A stretch of 41,731 nucleotides of DNA from Verrucomicrobiales bacterium. Lineage in GTDB: Bacteria; Verrucomicrobiota; Verrucomicrobiia; Verrucomicrobiales; SLCJ01. The stretch is taken from positions 1 to 41,731 of the forward strand of contig JBJTQJ010000059.1 of the NCBI GenBank assembly GCA_046075565.1, read 5' to 3'. A program made the translations under genes and the position numbers. The notes under the pieces are model-generated. The model did not search any database. It was not told where the DNA came from and saw only the letters and a list, made by a program, of their open reading frames with translations. Every line of letters begins with the position of its first letter. Position 1 is the stretch's first letter. Positions 16,813 to 26,866 of the stretch are shown here, piece after piece.

Positions 16813-19020
16813 TTAGAACACGTCGTCTTTCACCTGCACGTCACCAAGGGACGCCCTGGAGACCGTCACCGGCGCGCTGGTTTGGGCGGCTGCCGCGGGG
16901 GGTTGCTTGCTTTCTCGACCGGTCGGAGCGTAGTAGGTGTAGTAGCTGGTGTAATATTGATACTGGCTGTCGGAACGGATATCCACGTTATTGAGGACAA
17001 CCCCGAGCAGGGTTCCGCCAACATTTTCAACAGCGGACTTCACGCGGAGGAGCATGTTGCGGGGAAGTTTGCGATGCTGCACGACGACGATGGTCAGGTC
17101 CGCCTCGCTGGAGAGAACGGACGCGTCGCTGACCCCGAGAATGGGTGGGGAATCGAGAAGCACGAGATCGAAACGGCTCTTTACATCGGCGATAAGTTCC
17201 GACATCCGGCGGGAGTTCAGAATGCCGGCCGCGTCACTCGGCAGAATTCCCGAGGGCATGAAATAAAGGTTCTCGACGGGCGTTTGCAAAATCACATCCT
17301 CGAGGGCCAAATCGGTCGTGAGGTAATTGGTCAAGCCCACCGAATTGCTGATATCGAAGTGGGTGTGCAAGGTGGGGCGCCGGAGGTCGGCATCAATCAT
17401 CAGGGTGTTGTATCCACCCTGGGCGCAAATGAATGCGAGGTTACACAGGGTGGTGGACTTCCCTTCGCCCGCTCCGCCGGAGACCACGGTGATGGCATTG
17501 GCATCGGCGGACTTGCGGTTGAACTCGATATTCGTGCGCAGGATTCGATACGCTTCGGCATCCGGACTCAGCCCACTCTCCTTGTGCAACATGCCGACAT
17601 CCTTGGGAATGACTGCCAAAACAGGCACACCGAGGAAGCGCTCGACATCTTCAATGGATTTCACGGAAGTATCCATGAACTCGAGTATGAAGGCGAGACC
17701 GACACCAAAGACAAGACCAATAACCGCTCCGAGGATCAGATTCAGCGGCTTGTTGGGGGAGGAAGGAAAAGCCGACGCGTGGGCTTCCTGCCACACGACA
17801 AGCGGCAAACGGGGCATGTTCTGCTCGATCCGTTGCTTCAGGCTTTCAATCTTGAGTTCCTTGAGAATATCCTTCTGGTCGTAGTAGTCCTGCCGGGCCT
17901 GGGCGTAACTGACGAACTTGATGCTCTTCTGCTGGAAGTCGGACTCGCTGGTGGCCGAACTCGAACGGGCGACCTCGAGTTGCTTTTCCGACTGGGCAAG
18001 TTTCGTCCCAAGGGCACCGCGCACATCTTCGACGGCCCGAACAAGAAACTCGCGCACGGTTTTCAGCTGTCCTTGAATGACCAGGCGGTCGGGGTGGTTC
18101 GGACCAATGCCGGAACGGATGGCTTGTTCTTCCGAAAGGAGAAGTTCATTGAATGTCGGCCAGTATCTCTGAATCGTGGTATCTTGGATTCCCAGCATGG
18201 CCGCCCGGCGAATGAGATCGTCGCCTTCCAGATCCTGCAAACCTTTGATCTGGGCGCGGAGGGTTTCGATATCCATGGTCAGCTCATTCATGTAGAGCTT
18301 GTTCTTCATGATGATCTCCGAATCCCCGGTGTTGACCTCATCCGCACGACCGCCTTGGGCACTTCCGAACCGGGAAATGTCGAGCACACCGGATTCCACC
18401 ATGGCTTTGTGCATCTTGATGCGGGCCGTGCGCAGGCGCTCTTCTTGGGCCTGGAGTTGGTTATCGAGCACCCCGAGAGCCTCCGCGTTCTGCTTGTTCA
18501 CCCTGTCTTCACGCACGAGACGGTAGGCATGATAAAGTCCATTGGCGATGTCGGCGGCTCGTTGTTTGTCGGTATCCGTGACAACAATCGAAACCAAGTC
18601 CGTACCGCGAATCGGCTCGGTCCGAATCATTCCCCTAACCCGGGCGACCAGAGAGGGACCATCCAGCATTTTCAATTGCGTGGGGAGGTCGAGGTCCCTT
18701 ACCACTTGTTCGATGACCTTCGCGGAAGTGAGCGCCTCAAACTGGGTCTGGATGAAATTCGGGGATCCTCCAACCGCCGACTCACCGGACGTCATTCCAT
18801 CATCGAGCGGGGTTTTCGTAAGGCCCACATTCTTGACTTCGAGCATGGCTTCCGACTGGAACCTTTCCGGCATGATGTAGGTAATGACAGCCGCCGTGAG
18901 GAAGACGAGCAGAAGGCTGAGCAGGATCACACCGTACCGGTTTCGCAGAACCTGCCAGTAGTCCATTGTCCGCAGGTTACCGGAATCGGTTTTATCAGGG
19001 GTGAAGGGGGGATTGCTCAT
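16813..19020 (-). CDS. wzc: Polysaccharide co-polymerase / BY-kinase (Wzc-like)
   Basis: N-terminal TM, coiled coil, second TM, EAYRILRTN, Walker A GEGKST, IDAD, LLDSPP, Tyr cluster YQYYTSYYTYY. Confidence 0.92.
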   Translation of the reverse strand: MSNPPFTPDKTDSGNLRTMDYWQVLRNRYGVILLSLLLVFLTAAVITYIMPERFQSEAMLEVKNVGLTKTPLDDGMTSGESAVGGSPNFIQTQFEALTSAKVIEQVVRDLDLPTQLKMLDGPSLVARVRGMIRTEPIRGTDLVSIVVTDTDKQRAADIANGLYHAYRLVREDRVNKQNAEALGVLDNQLQAQEERLRTARIKMHKAMVESGVLDISRFGSAQGGRADEVNTGDSEIIMKNKLYMNELTMDIETLRAQIKGLQDLEGDDLIRRAAMLGIQDTTIQRYWPTFNELLLSEEQAIRSGIGPNHPDRLVIQGQLKTVREFLVRAVEDVRGALGTKLAQSEKQLEVARSSSATSESDFQQKSIKFVSYAQARQDYYDQKDILKELKIESLKQRIEQNMPRLPLVVWQEAHASAFPSSPNKPLNLILGAVIGLVFGVGLAFILEFMDTSVKSIEDVERFLGVPVLAVIPKDVGMLHKESGLSPDAEAYRILRTNIEFNRKSADANAITVVSGGAGEGKSTTLCNLAFICAQGGYNTLMIDADLRRPTLHTHFDISNSVGLTNYLTTDLALEDVILQTPVENLYFMPSGILPSDAAGILNSRRMSELIADVKSRFDLVLLDSPPILGVSDASVLSSEADLTIVVVQHRKLPRNMLLRVKSAVENVGGTLLGVVLNNVDIRSDSQYQYYTSYYTYYAPTGRESKQPPAAAAQTSAPVTVSRASLGDVQVKDDVF

Positions 19021-19114
19021 ATGTTCGTAGTGCGCGTCTTGCAGGAGAAACAAAAGCTCCCCTGGATTGGATGTCCAGAGGAGCCTTGGCGTTCAAATTT
19101 TCCGGAAGGTCGGA

Positions 19115-20278
19115 TTAGAACGTGGCATTCAGACCGAGATTGATGCGCTGGCGTTCGTAGCCATCCATCTCCACATCGGAATCCAGATTGGTGTAACTAT
19201 AGCTGAGCCCGAGTCCAATCGCCGGGGTAAGGGCGTAGTTCAGTCCGACGCGGCCTTCGATGAGGTTTTCCTTATTGCCCGGGTCGCCGGAATAATCTGT
19301 GTAGAGGTATAATCCACCTACGAAGCCCGACAATTTCTCGGTTAGTTGGTAGGTCATGTCCAGATTTGTCCGGTAGGTGTAGTTCGATTGGTAAACACCA
19401 ACGCCTGTTCTCTCAAAGCCGACCCGGTTCGCCCAGCGGATCGTTAGTTCATCCGTGAGCACGCGGCTCAGGCCCAATTCGCCGTAAGGTCTGGTTTCCT
19501 CGCCTCTGAGGTCGTTGTCATACATTTCAATACCTGCCATGGCGACCAACATGGTGTTTTCGTCAAACTGATAATCAACCCCACCGGTCACGATGTTGGA
19601 GGTTGAGGAAATTCCGCTATCGTAATCGGTGTAATTGAAGCGATACTCCGCCCGCAATCCCGCTTGTTCGCTAAGAGCGTAGCGAACGAGCTGATTCGCC
19701 CCGTATTCGACACGGTCCTCGGTGTTCGAGATGGTATCTTCGTCGTAGAGGGTCGTTCCAATGGAGAAGCCTGTTGAAGTGCTCAGCCGATCGGTCCAGA
19801 GGTAATTCACCGCCAAAGAATTGAAGCCGAAAATGTATTCATCATTGCGGCGGTTCGTGGAAGCCCCGGTAATGAAGTTCGGGTCGAAGTCATAACCGAT
19901 GTAGAATTTGTCATCAATACTCAGGCGATCCGTGATGGCGTGGGTCAGCGCTCCACCGACCTTGGCGGAATAGAGCAAATTGTCAGCATCCTGCGCTTGG
20001 TCGAAGAAGTAGGTGGCCCCACCGCTCGCGCCGATACTGAAAATCGTGCGCTCGGTCGCATAGCGGTAGTCAAGGTTTAGTTGGCCGCCGGTGTAGAAGG
20101 AATCGACTTCATCAGTGGGGTCGGTGTTGACATTGGTGTCATACCCAGCATTCACTCCTACACCAAGGACCAAGGGTTTGGTCTCCATTTCCTGAATCGT
20201 TGGAAGAATGCCGAGAAGTCCTTGGGCGCTCGCTCCTCCAGTGAGGACAACAAAGGCCATGATGGGAAAAGATTTCAT
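19115..20278 (-). CDS. Outer-membrane beta-barrel protein, polysaccharide-export associated
   Basis: Signal peptide, GYDTNV, amphipathic Tyr-rich strands, C-terminal beta-signal LGLNATF. Confidence 0.85.
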   Translation of the reverse strand: MKSFPIMAFVVLTGGASAQGLLGILPTIQEMETKPLVLGVGVNAGYDTNVNTDPTDEVDSFYTGGQLNLDYRYATERTIFSIGASGGATYFFDQAQDADNLLYSAKVGGALTHAITDRLSIDDKFYIGYDFDPNFITGASTNRRNDEYIFGFNSLAVNYLWTDRLSTSTGFSIGTTLYDEDTISNTEDRVEYGANQLVRYALSEQAGLRAEYRFNYTDYDSGISSTSNIVTGGVDYQFDENTMLVAMAGIEMYDNDLRGEETRPYGELGLSRVLTDELTIRWANRVGFERTGVGVYQSNYTYRTNLDMTYQLTEKLSGFVGGLYLYTDYSGDPGNKENLIEGRVGLNYALTPAIGLGLSYSYTNLDSDVEMDGYERQRINLGLNATF

Positions 20279-20290
20279 GCGTTAATAATT

Positions 20291-20329
20291 ATTATGGAGA
20301 AATGTGAACTACTTGTAAATATTTTCAAG
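20291..20329 (-). promoter_or_regulatory. Putative sigma70 promoter with an overlapping palindromic operator
   Basis: Minus strand TTTACA (20319-20314)-N17-CATAAT (20296-20291); 18-bp near-palindrome cttgtaaatattttcaag at 20312-20329. Confidence 0.55.
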
Positions 20330-20392
20330 AACTTAATCTTTTGAGATTATTGTAAACTTCTGACGATTCCGATGAGTCCAAGGAGTCAAAAC

Positions 20393-21103
20393 TCAACTTG
20401 AGACACGTGGATTGGTAGGCGTGCCACCACCACCGCCGCCGCCACTCGGGGGCTTCGGCTTGGGTTTGAACCGGGGTTTTCTTTGCGGTTCGGTTGTCGG
20501 AGGAGAGTTTTCGACGCCGAAGGTGGGCGAGGTGCTACCACCAGGAATTGCTGCGGTTGTGCGCAGGCCGCTCGCGGGGCCGCTGCCTGAACCCATTTTG
20601 ACCCCTGCAGGGAGGGTGGAAGTGCCGGTTGCAAGCGCCATACCTTGGATGGGTGTAATTCCGTCAAGAATGAAGGCGATTGCCAGAGCAGGGCTCATTT
20701 TCTTGACATCAGGGACGACAACCTTGCCACTTTGTCCATCCTTTCCTCCGAAAACGCGCTGCAGTGCGGCGCGGATTTCCGCAGCGGCACCGGAATTGAC
20801 GGCCACCGCGCATTCGACAATCACCTTATACTGTGAGGGTTCGGCCCGGACGGCGGATTCGACGATCTGCCCGGTAAGTTCGTTCGAGGCATTGGTTGCC
20901 CGAATGGCGGACTTCACCACATCGCAGGCGCAATCGGGAGCCTCCTTGATTTTGGCGGCGACCACGGCAAGAACCGTGGATTTGTCTGCCTTCACGGAGG
21001 TTTCGACCGCTGCGGCTACCGAAGCGCAATCCGGGGCTGCGATGAGGGAGCTGGACGCCATGAGGGCGGCCCCGAGGAGGTTGGTGGTAGTGGGATATTT
21101 CAT
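20393..21103 (-). CDS. Hypothetical secreted protein with helical repeats and a Pro/Gly/Thr-rich tail
   Basis: Start reassigned to MKYPTT (ATG 21103) because the longer ORF overlaps tRNA-Gly; signal peptide; repeated I/V-V-x-x-A-I/V helices with Cys residues. Confidence 0.75.
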   Translation of the reverse strand: MKYPTTTNLLGAALMASSSLIAAPDCASVAAAVETSVKADKSTVLAVVAAKIKEAPDCACDVVKSAIRATNASNELTGQIVESAVRAEPSQYKVIVECAVAVNSGAAAEIRAALQRVFGGKDGQSGKVVVPDVKKMSPALAIAFILDGITPIQGMALATGTSTLPAGVKMGSGSGPASGLRTTAAIPGGSTSPTFGVENSPPTTEPQRKPRFKPKPKPPSGGGGGGGTPTNPRVSS

Positions 21104-21124
21104 TTGTCTGGAGGCGTGATGATT

Positions 21125-21198
21125 TGGAGCGGGCAGAGGGAATCGAACCCTCATGGCCAGCTTGGAAGGCTGGCGCTTTACCACTAAGCTATGCCCGC
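21125..21198 (-). tRNA. tRNA-Gly(TCC)
   Basis: Reverse complement GCGGGCATAGCTTAGTGGTAAAGCG CCAGC CTTCCAA GCTGG...GGTTCGATTCC...GCTCCA; 74 nt. Confidence 0.97.
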
Positions 21199-21372
21199 GA
21201 TAGAGATATTACAACTAATTATTCCGGATCCGCACCAATTACAAGCAATTTTTTCGCCAAAACGGCGATTTCAGAATCGAAAATTCGCGTTTATTGCATT
21301 GGAAAGCGAAATATCTCCTTCCCAAAGGCGGGGTTCCCGCGCTAATGATTGGCATTGTCCTAATTTTCAGCC

Positions 21373-21990
21373 ATGAACCGCTCGCTTCTGCTCCGCTTTA
21401 TTTCCCTTCTGCTGGTCCTCGTCCTCTGCGCGATTGTCTACCAGCACACCGAGACGATGGAGGAAAACAACCGCCTTGTCTGGCGGATTCCCATTTTTGT
21501 TCTGGGAGCCGCAGTGCTTGGCCTGATGCTGGTGGCGTTTTTCCTTCCGGTGATTGGGGACCGCATTGGAGCCTTTTTCTACTCTTCTCCGGAAAAGGTC
21601 GAACCCGATCCGGGCACCAAGGCCCGGGCTTTGGTCGCACAAGGGAATTACGGGGGGGCGATACAGGCCTACCTCGACGTGGCGAAGGCCATGCCGGAGG
21701 ACCGGCTTCCGGTCGTCGAAGCCATGCGCTTGGCCCGGGAAAAGCTCCATGATCCCCGACGCGCCATCTCCATCGTTGAGGATGCAGTGGACGACCGAGC
21801 CTGGCCCGAAGACGACGCCGCTTATTTCCTTTTCCGTCTGGTTGAGATGACCGAGGAGGATCTCCAGGACCGCCAGGCGGCGGCCACGTATCTGCAGCAT
21901 GTTGTCGCCAACTTCCCCGGCACCCGCCACGCCGCGAACGCCAGTCACAAACTCCGCGACTGGGGCATCGAGCCGGTGACCACCGCTTAA
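21373..21990 (+). CDS. Membrane protein with two TM helices and TPR-like helices
   Basis: Two hydrophobic segments, then ARALVAQGNYGGAIQAY and YLQHVVANFPGT TPR-like motifs. Confidence 0.75.
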   Translation: MNRSLLLRFISLLLVLVLCAIVYQHTETMEENNRLVWRIPIFVLGAAVLGLMLVAFFLPVIGDRIGAFFYSSPEKVEPDPGTKARALVAQGNYGGAIQAYLDVAKAMPEDRLPVVEAMRLAREKLHDPRRAISIVEDAVDDRAWPEDDAAYFLFRLVEMTEEDLQDRQAAATYLQHVVANFPGTRHAANASHKLRDWGIEPVTTA

Positions 21991-22010
21991 TCCGTGCCGG
22001 GAAGTCGGAT

Positions 22011-24218
22011 ATGAGGGGCGTCTTGTGGCTCGGGAAGAATCCGCTCTTTCCCCTCGCGATTTCCCTCGCTTCGGGCTTGGCTTTCGGACCGCTGGCTCTC
22101 TGGGCCTGCGTCACATGCTCCGTCCTTTGGTTTTGGAAAAAGAAAACCCTTACCCCGGAGTTGCCGTGGTGGTTTCCCCTGCTCTTGTCCATTGGAGCTT
22201 CCGCTGGCCTGGCCCGGGTCAAAATGACGGAGGGCCGGCAAGAGAACCCCGCCTTTTCGCCCGGACATACTCTGGTATGCGAGGGGCGCGTCGGCGCGGT
22301 CTTCACACCTCCTCAGGAGACGGAACTCCGAGCCTGGTTTGAACTCGAATTGGCCGGAGAACACGCTGGTTCCCGGCTTCGCGTGCGTCTGCCGGAAAAT
22401 CAACTCCCTCCCCTGCCCGGTTCGTTGGTCAGGATCGGCGGCACCTTCCGCCCCGGCGACAAACCCACCAATCCTTGGGAATGGGACGAGGTGGAGCAGT
22501 TGGCCAATCGGGGCATCCCCGGCAATCTCTGGGTTGCCGACGACAAGCCGGTGGAGATTCTATCGCCGCCACCATGGTGGCATCTCATGGCCTGGGGAGA
22601 ACGCGGTCGCCGTGTCATCACCACGGCGTTTATTTCGCTCGTGCCGGAAACGGATCGACGGGCGGTCGTTCTGGGAATCATGCTCGGCGCGCGCGAAGGC
22701 ATGAGCGAAGAGGCCCTGCTTGCCTTCCGCAGAACGGGATCTCTTCATCTTTTCGCGGTGAGCGGCATGCATGTCGGCATGATGGCGGGAATTTTCTGGG
22801 GACTTCTGCTCCCCCTTCCATTGCCCCGGCGGAAACTGGCCTGGTTTCTTTTACCCCTGCTGCTCGGCTACACCGTGCTGACGGGCGCGGAGCCGCCCGC
22901 TGTTCGCGCGCTGGTCATGATCGGCATTCTTGTCTTCGGACTGGTTCTGGACCGCACTCCCCGGATCTTGAATTCGCTCTCGGCGGCTTTCATCGTCATG
23001 CTGCTCCATGAACCGAACCAGCGGCACGATCTCGGATTTCAACTCACCTTCTGTGTGGTGCTGGCCATTGTCCTGATCGGATTGCCGCTGGCGAAAAAGT
23101 TTTCCGCCTTCGGCCAACCGGACCCGTTTCTCCCGGCGGATCTGGTTAGCCCATGGCAACGCCGCCGCTGGGGCTGGGTGCGTTTCGGGACCGCTTCGTT
23201 ATGCTTTGGCATCGCCGCCAATCTCGGATCCCTTCCGCTCTCCATCCATCACTTCAATCTGGCCACGCCGTCGGGTGTTTTTCTCGGCCTCGCTCTGGTC
23301 CCGCTCTCCTGGCTCATCCTGTGTACCGCCACGGGAATTCTCTTCTTCCTTCCGCTCGGCTTGGGTTGGTTCGTCCACTTCTGCGGCTGGATCGCGGGCG
23401 GGCTGGCGGCCGCCTGCCTCGGGTTGTGCGCTTGGGCGGCCTCCCTGCCAGGAGCATGGCATCTACCGAGACACGATCCTCCCACGCCGGTGGAAATGTT
23501 GGTCTTCGATCTCGACCGTGGCGGGGCCTCCGCTTTGATCCGCAACCGGCAAACCGCATGGCTGCTCGACACGGGAAATCCGGGGCACGCCCGCCGGGTC
23601 GTCTGCAATGCCGCACTCCATCTCGGCACCGCGCCCCTCGATCTGGTCGTCCATTCCCACGAGGATGTCCAGCACCGGGGCGGCCAGAAAGAGATCATTC
23701 GTTTGTTAGGAAATCCGATCCAGACATGGACCAAACCCCGCGCCAACGACACGACCGCCGCCGCGTCGATGGAGCTACAGACATTGTTTCCCCCGCCGGG
23801 CTGGGCGGCCGATCGGGCCGACGATCGTTCCGCAATTTTCAAACTTTCGGTCGAGGGATGGACGGTGTTCTGGCTGGGCGACGCGGGTTTCGGTTCGCAG
23901 AAGTGGATGCTGGAACATACAAATCCGGCTGCCTTGCGCTCCGACGTGCTTTGTGTCGGTTGGCACGGCACGGACATCGGGTTGGTCAGGGACTTCGTGG
24001 ACGCCGTCGATCCGAAACTGGTGGTCTGGCATCGCTGGCGCCCGGAAACCCTGAACCCGCCCGGCGAAAACCTCAGGGCTTACCTGCGCGAGCGGGGCAT
24101 CCCTCTTCTCGAGCAGAGGAACACCGGTGCCCTCACCTTCGGCTTCACTGAGGAAACCTTGACCGTCACTCCATTTCTCGCGCCAAACACACCAACCGTG
24201 CTCCACCGGCAACCGTGA
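22011..24218 (+). CDS. comEC: ComEC/Rec2 competence protein
   Basis: NPWEWD, HLFAVSGMHVG, RALVM, GFQLTF, multiple TMs, C-terminal beta-lactamase-like domain (LLDTG, GDAG, TGALTF). Confidence 0.88.
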   Translation: MRGVLWLGKNPLFPLAISLASGLAFGPLALWACVTCSVLWFWKKKTLTPELPWWFPLLLSIGASAGLARVKMTEGRQENPAFSPGHTLVCEGRVGAVFTPPQETELRAWFELELAGEHAGSRLRVRLPENQLPPLPGSLVRIGGTFRPGDKPTNPWEWDEVEQLANRGIPGNLWVADDKPVEILSPPPWWHLMAWGERGRRVITTAFISLVPETDRRAVVLGIMLGAREGMSEEALLAFRRTGSLHLFAVSGMHVGMMAGIFWGLLLPLPLPRRKLAWFLLPLLLGYTVLTGAEPPAVRALVMIGILVFGLVLDRTPRILNSLSAAFIVMLLHEPNQRHDLGFQLTFCVVLAIVLIGLPLAKKFSAFGQPDPFLPADLVSPWQRRRWGWVRFGTASLCFGIAANLGSLPLSIHHFNLATPSGVFLGLALVPLSWLILCTATGILFFLPLGLGWFVHFCGWIAGGLAAACLGLCAWAASLPGAWHLPRHDPPTPVEMLVFDLDRGGASALIRNRQTAWLLDTGNPGHARRVVCNAALHLGTAPLDLVVHSHEDVQHRGGQKEIIRLLGNPIQTWTKPRANDTTAAASMELQTLFPPPGWAADRADDRSAIFKLSVEGWTVFWLGDAGFGSQKWMLEHTNPAALRSDVLCVGWHGTDIGLVRDFVDAVDPKLVVWHRWRPETLNPPGENLRAYLRERGIPLLEQRNTGALTFGFTEETLTVTPFLAPNTPTVLHRQP

Positions 24219-24250
24219 ACGATTGCCGGCGGGCATGATGGCTGGTGAAC

Positions 24251-26032
24251 TTATGCATAGAGGGGACCGTAATTCGAGCAAGCCCTGAAGTCGGCCCCTT
24301 CGCTGTCGGCGGTTCCGTGGGCGGCCCAGGAACTCGGGCGGAAAATCCGCTCCGGAGCCACGTTGTGCATGTAAACGGGGATCCGGAGTTGGGACGCCAG
24401 CGTGATGAGGTCGGCTCCGACATGGCCGTAACACATGACGCAGTGGTTCGCGCCCCAGTTGTTCATCACCTCGTAGGTATCGCGGAATGGCCCGCGGCCA
24501 TTGAGGATCGGGGCAAACCAGCTTGTCGGCCAGGTCGGATTCGTCCGTTGATCCAAGGTATCGTGGACCTTTTTCGGCAGGCTGACGGTGGTTCCTTCCG
24601 CAAGCTGCAAAGCGGGTCCGAGTCCTTTGACCAGATTCAGCCGCGCGATGGTCGCGGGCATTCCGCCCTTCGTCGCGAAACGTGTGCTCCATCCACCCCC
24701 GGGGAAATATTCGGTAATCGATGGATGCCAGGTGGTCGCTTTCAGGCAGGCGGCAATTTCCTCCTCCGCGATCTCCCAGAATGGTTTCATGGCCGGCTTG
24801 CCCTTTACGGATTGGCAACCGGTTCCATCGAGGGCGGCGGGACCGGAATTGATCAAATGGAGGAGCCCCCCCGCAGCCGCGCCGGTCAATTTATGGCCGG
24901 AAACCCGTTTCACGGCATCGGCGCTCCAATAGGTCCGGAGGTCGGCGAAAATCTGCGCCGTGTTCGTTAGCAGATACCCGAATAACATCGTGGTCGCATT
25001 CAGGGCATCGTTCTCCGTCGCGAACTGGAAAGGCGCGCGGCGGCCATTCCAGTCGAACGAGCTGGTCAACACCGCCTCCATGAAATCGCCATTCGGGTAA
25101 TGGTCGGTCCACTGGCGCTGGCCTTGGAATCCACCGGCGATGGCATTATGGCCATGGGCCTCTTCGGCATAACCCATCTCGGCCAGTTTCTGATTCCCCT
25201 GCATGAGGTCGCGGGCAATCATGGCCATTTTGACCGAAACATCCCATTCTTTGTCGAGGGCCGCGCGGGGGCGGGTCGTCGCCGGGCTATTGTAGTCCTT
25301 GCCCTCGCGGCAATTGTTCTTCACCCAGGTCATCGCTTTCTTGAATTCACGCGGGTCGTAAATCCCCCGATCCATCCGGCGGGCGACTTCCGTCATGTCC
25401 ACCGCTTCCACACGCATGCCGAGATAATCCTCGAAAAATTCGGGATTCACCACGGAACCGGCGATGCCCATGGAGGTTCCACCCAAGGAAAGATAACTGC
25501 GCCCGCGCATCAGGGCGACCGACATACCGGCGCGCACGAAACCGAGAATCTTGCCCTCGACGTCAGCCGGGATTTCCCGATTCCCGGCATCCTGCACGTC
25601 GCGTCCGTAAATGCCGAAAGCGGGCAGGCCTTTTTGCGTGTGCCCGGCGAGCACGGCGGCGAGATAAACCGCGCCCGGGCGTTCGGTGCCATTGAACCCC
25701 CAGACCGCCTTGGGAATGAGCGAATCCATGTCCATCGTCTCACTGCCGTAACACCAGCAAGGTGTCACCGTGAGGGAAACACCGACATCCTCGCGCCGGA
25801 ATTTGTCCGCGCAGGCGGCCGCTTCGGCCACTCCCCCGATGCAGGTATCCGAGATCACACACTCAATCTTTTTCCCGTTCGGGTAGCGGAGTTTCTTGGA
25901 AATGAGCTCCGCCACCGATTTGGCCAGGCTCATGGTTTGGTTTTCGAGGGATTCGCGGACACCGCCGAGGCGGCCGTCGACGGTCGGGCGGATCCCGACC
26001 TTGGGCAGGGAACGATCAAACAAGATATTCAT
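24251..26032 (-). CDS. fucI: L-fucose isomerase
   Basis: [63 protein letters not shown]; 593 aa. Confidence 0.97.
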   Translation of the reverse strand: MNILFDRSLPKVGIRPTVDGRLGGVRESLENQTMSLAKSVAELISKKLRYPNGKKIECVISDTCIGGVAEAAACADKFRREDVGVSLTVTPCWCYGSETMDMDSLIPKAVWGFNGTERPGAVYLAAVLAGHTQKGLPAFGIYGRDVQDAGNREIPADVEGKILGFVRAGMSVALMRGRSYLSLGGTSMGIAGSVVNPEFFEDYLGMRVEAVDMTEVARRMDRGIYDPREFKKAMTWVKNNCREGKDYNSPATTRPRAALDKEWDVSVKMAMIARDLMQGNQKLAEMGYAEEAHGHNAIAGGFQGQRQWTDHYPNGDFMEAVLTSSFDWNGRRAPFQFATENDALNATTMLFGYLLTNTAQIFADLRTYWSADAVKRVSGHKLTGAAAGGLLHLINSGPAALDGTGCQSVKGKPAMKPFWEIAEEEIAACLKATTWHPSITEYFPGGGWSTRFATKGGMPATIARLNLVKGLGPALQLAEGTTVSLPKKVHDTLDQRTNPTWPTSWFAPILNGRGPFRDTYEVMNNWGANHCVMCYGHVGADLITLASQLRIPVYMHNVAPERIFRPSSWAAHGTADSEGADFRACSNYGPLYA

Positions 26033-26128
26033 GGCAATGGGACAATGGGTCCGCCACGAGGATGGTGGAGGACCCTCCCGAATGCAAGCGGCGAATTCCC
26101 ATCCCTGCCGACGAGCGGCGGCTGGAAT

Positions 26129-26845
26129 TCACCAGGAGGTAACATCGTCACTGCGCGCGAAGGTGGTGCTTCCGTCAAAGAGGCTATCCTTCGCCTGCGC
26201 GCCTTTTTTACCGTCTTCACCGGCGGAGATCATCGCGAAGGGTATCGCTTCGATCTTCGAATCGGTGTATTCGCAAAGACCCCAGGTATGAAGGACTTGA
26301 TCCTGAAAGCCGTTGTTGAAGAAAACCCCCTGCCGGGGCGAATTGATGGCGAAAATAATCTCCCGTCCCCAGGGATCATAGAGCTTTGGTTTGCCCTGGC
26401 TATCGATATAGAGACCGCCTTTGGGCTCACCTTTCCGCTCGAACTCAATGTAGGCCGTGCCACTCGGATTGGCATCCTTGGAACTAGATGAACTTCCGTC
26501 GGTTTCTGTGAACGTGCCATCCGAACCGAGAAGCACGGAGAGGATCCACTCGGTGGAATAAAGTCCGCCGGGATCCCCATAGATGGCATCCCATGTTTTT
26601 TTGGTCGCCGGGGCCGGAGTCTTGCCGTAGTTGTCGGCCATGTAGTTCGTCAATCCCGCTCCGGCGTTTTTCATCAGCGAGGCGCAGGTCAGACGGCGCG
26701 CCCTATTCATGGCCTTGGTGACGCCGGTGAAAATGAGGGTCGCGAGCACCGCGATGATCACGATTACGATCAGAAGTTCGACGAGCGTGTAACCGGGCAA
26801 CGCGCCCGGTTTCCCGGTTGGGCGGAGAGTGAATTTGGATTTCAT
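26129..26845 (-). CDS. Prepilin-type N-terminal cleavage/methylation protein (pseudopilin-like)
   Basis: Basic leader, G|YTLVELLIVIVIIAVLA, GspG-like DPWG and SAGEDG. Confidence 0.88.
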   Translation of the reverse strand: MKSKFTLRPTGKPGALPGYTLVELLIVIVIIAVLATLIFTGVTKAMNRARRLTCASLMKNAGAGLTNYMADNYGKTPAPATKKTWDAIYGDPGGLYSTEWILSVLLGSDGTFTETDGSSSSSKDANPSGTAYIEFERKGEPKGGLYIDSQGKPKLYDPWGREIIFAINSPRQGVFFNNGFQDQVLHTWGLCEYTDSKIEAIPFAMISAGEDGKKGAQAKDSLFDGSTTFARSDDVTSW

Positions 26846-26866
26846 GGGGTGGAATATCGGATGGAA

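Noticed and set aside
16336-19143. 935-aa plus-strand ORF
   Set aside because: Antisense shadow of wzc and the OPX gene with no recognisable motifs; expected from high-GC codon bias.
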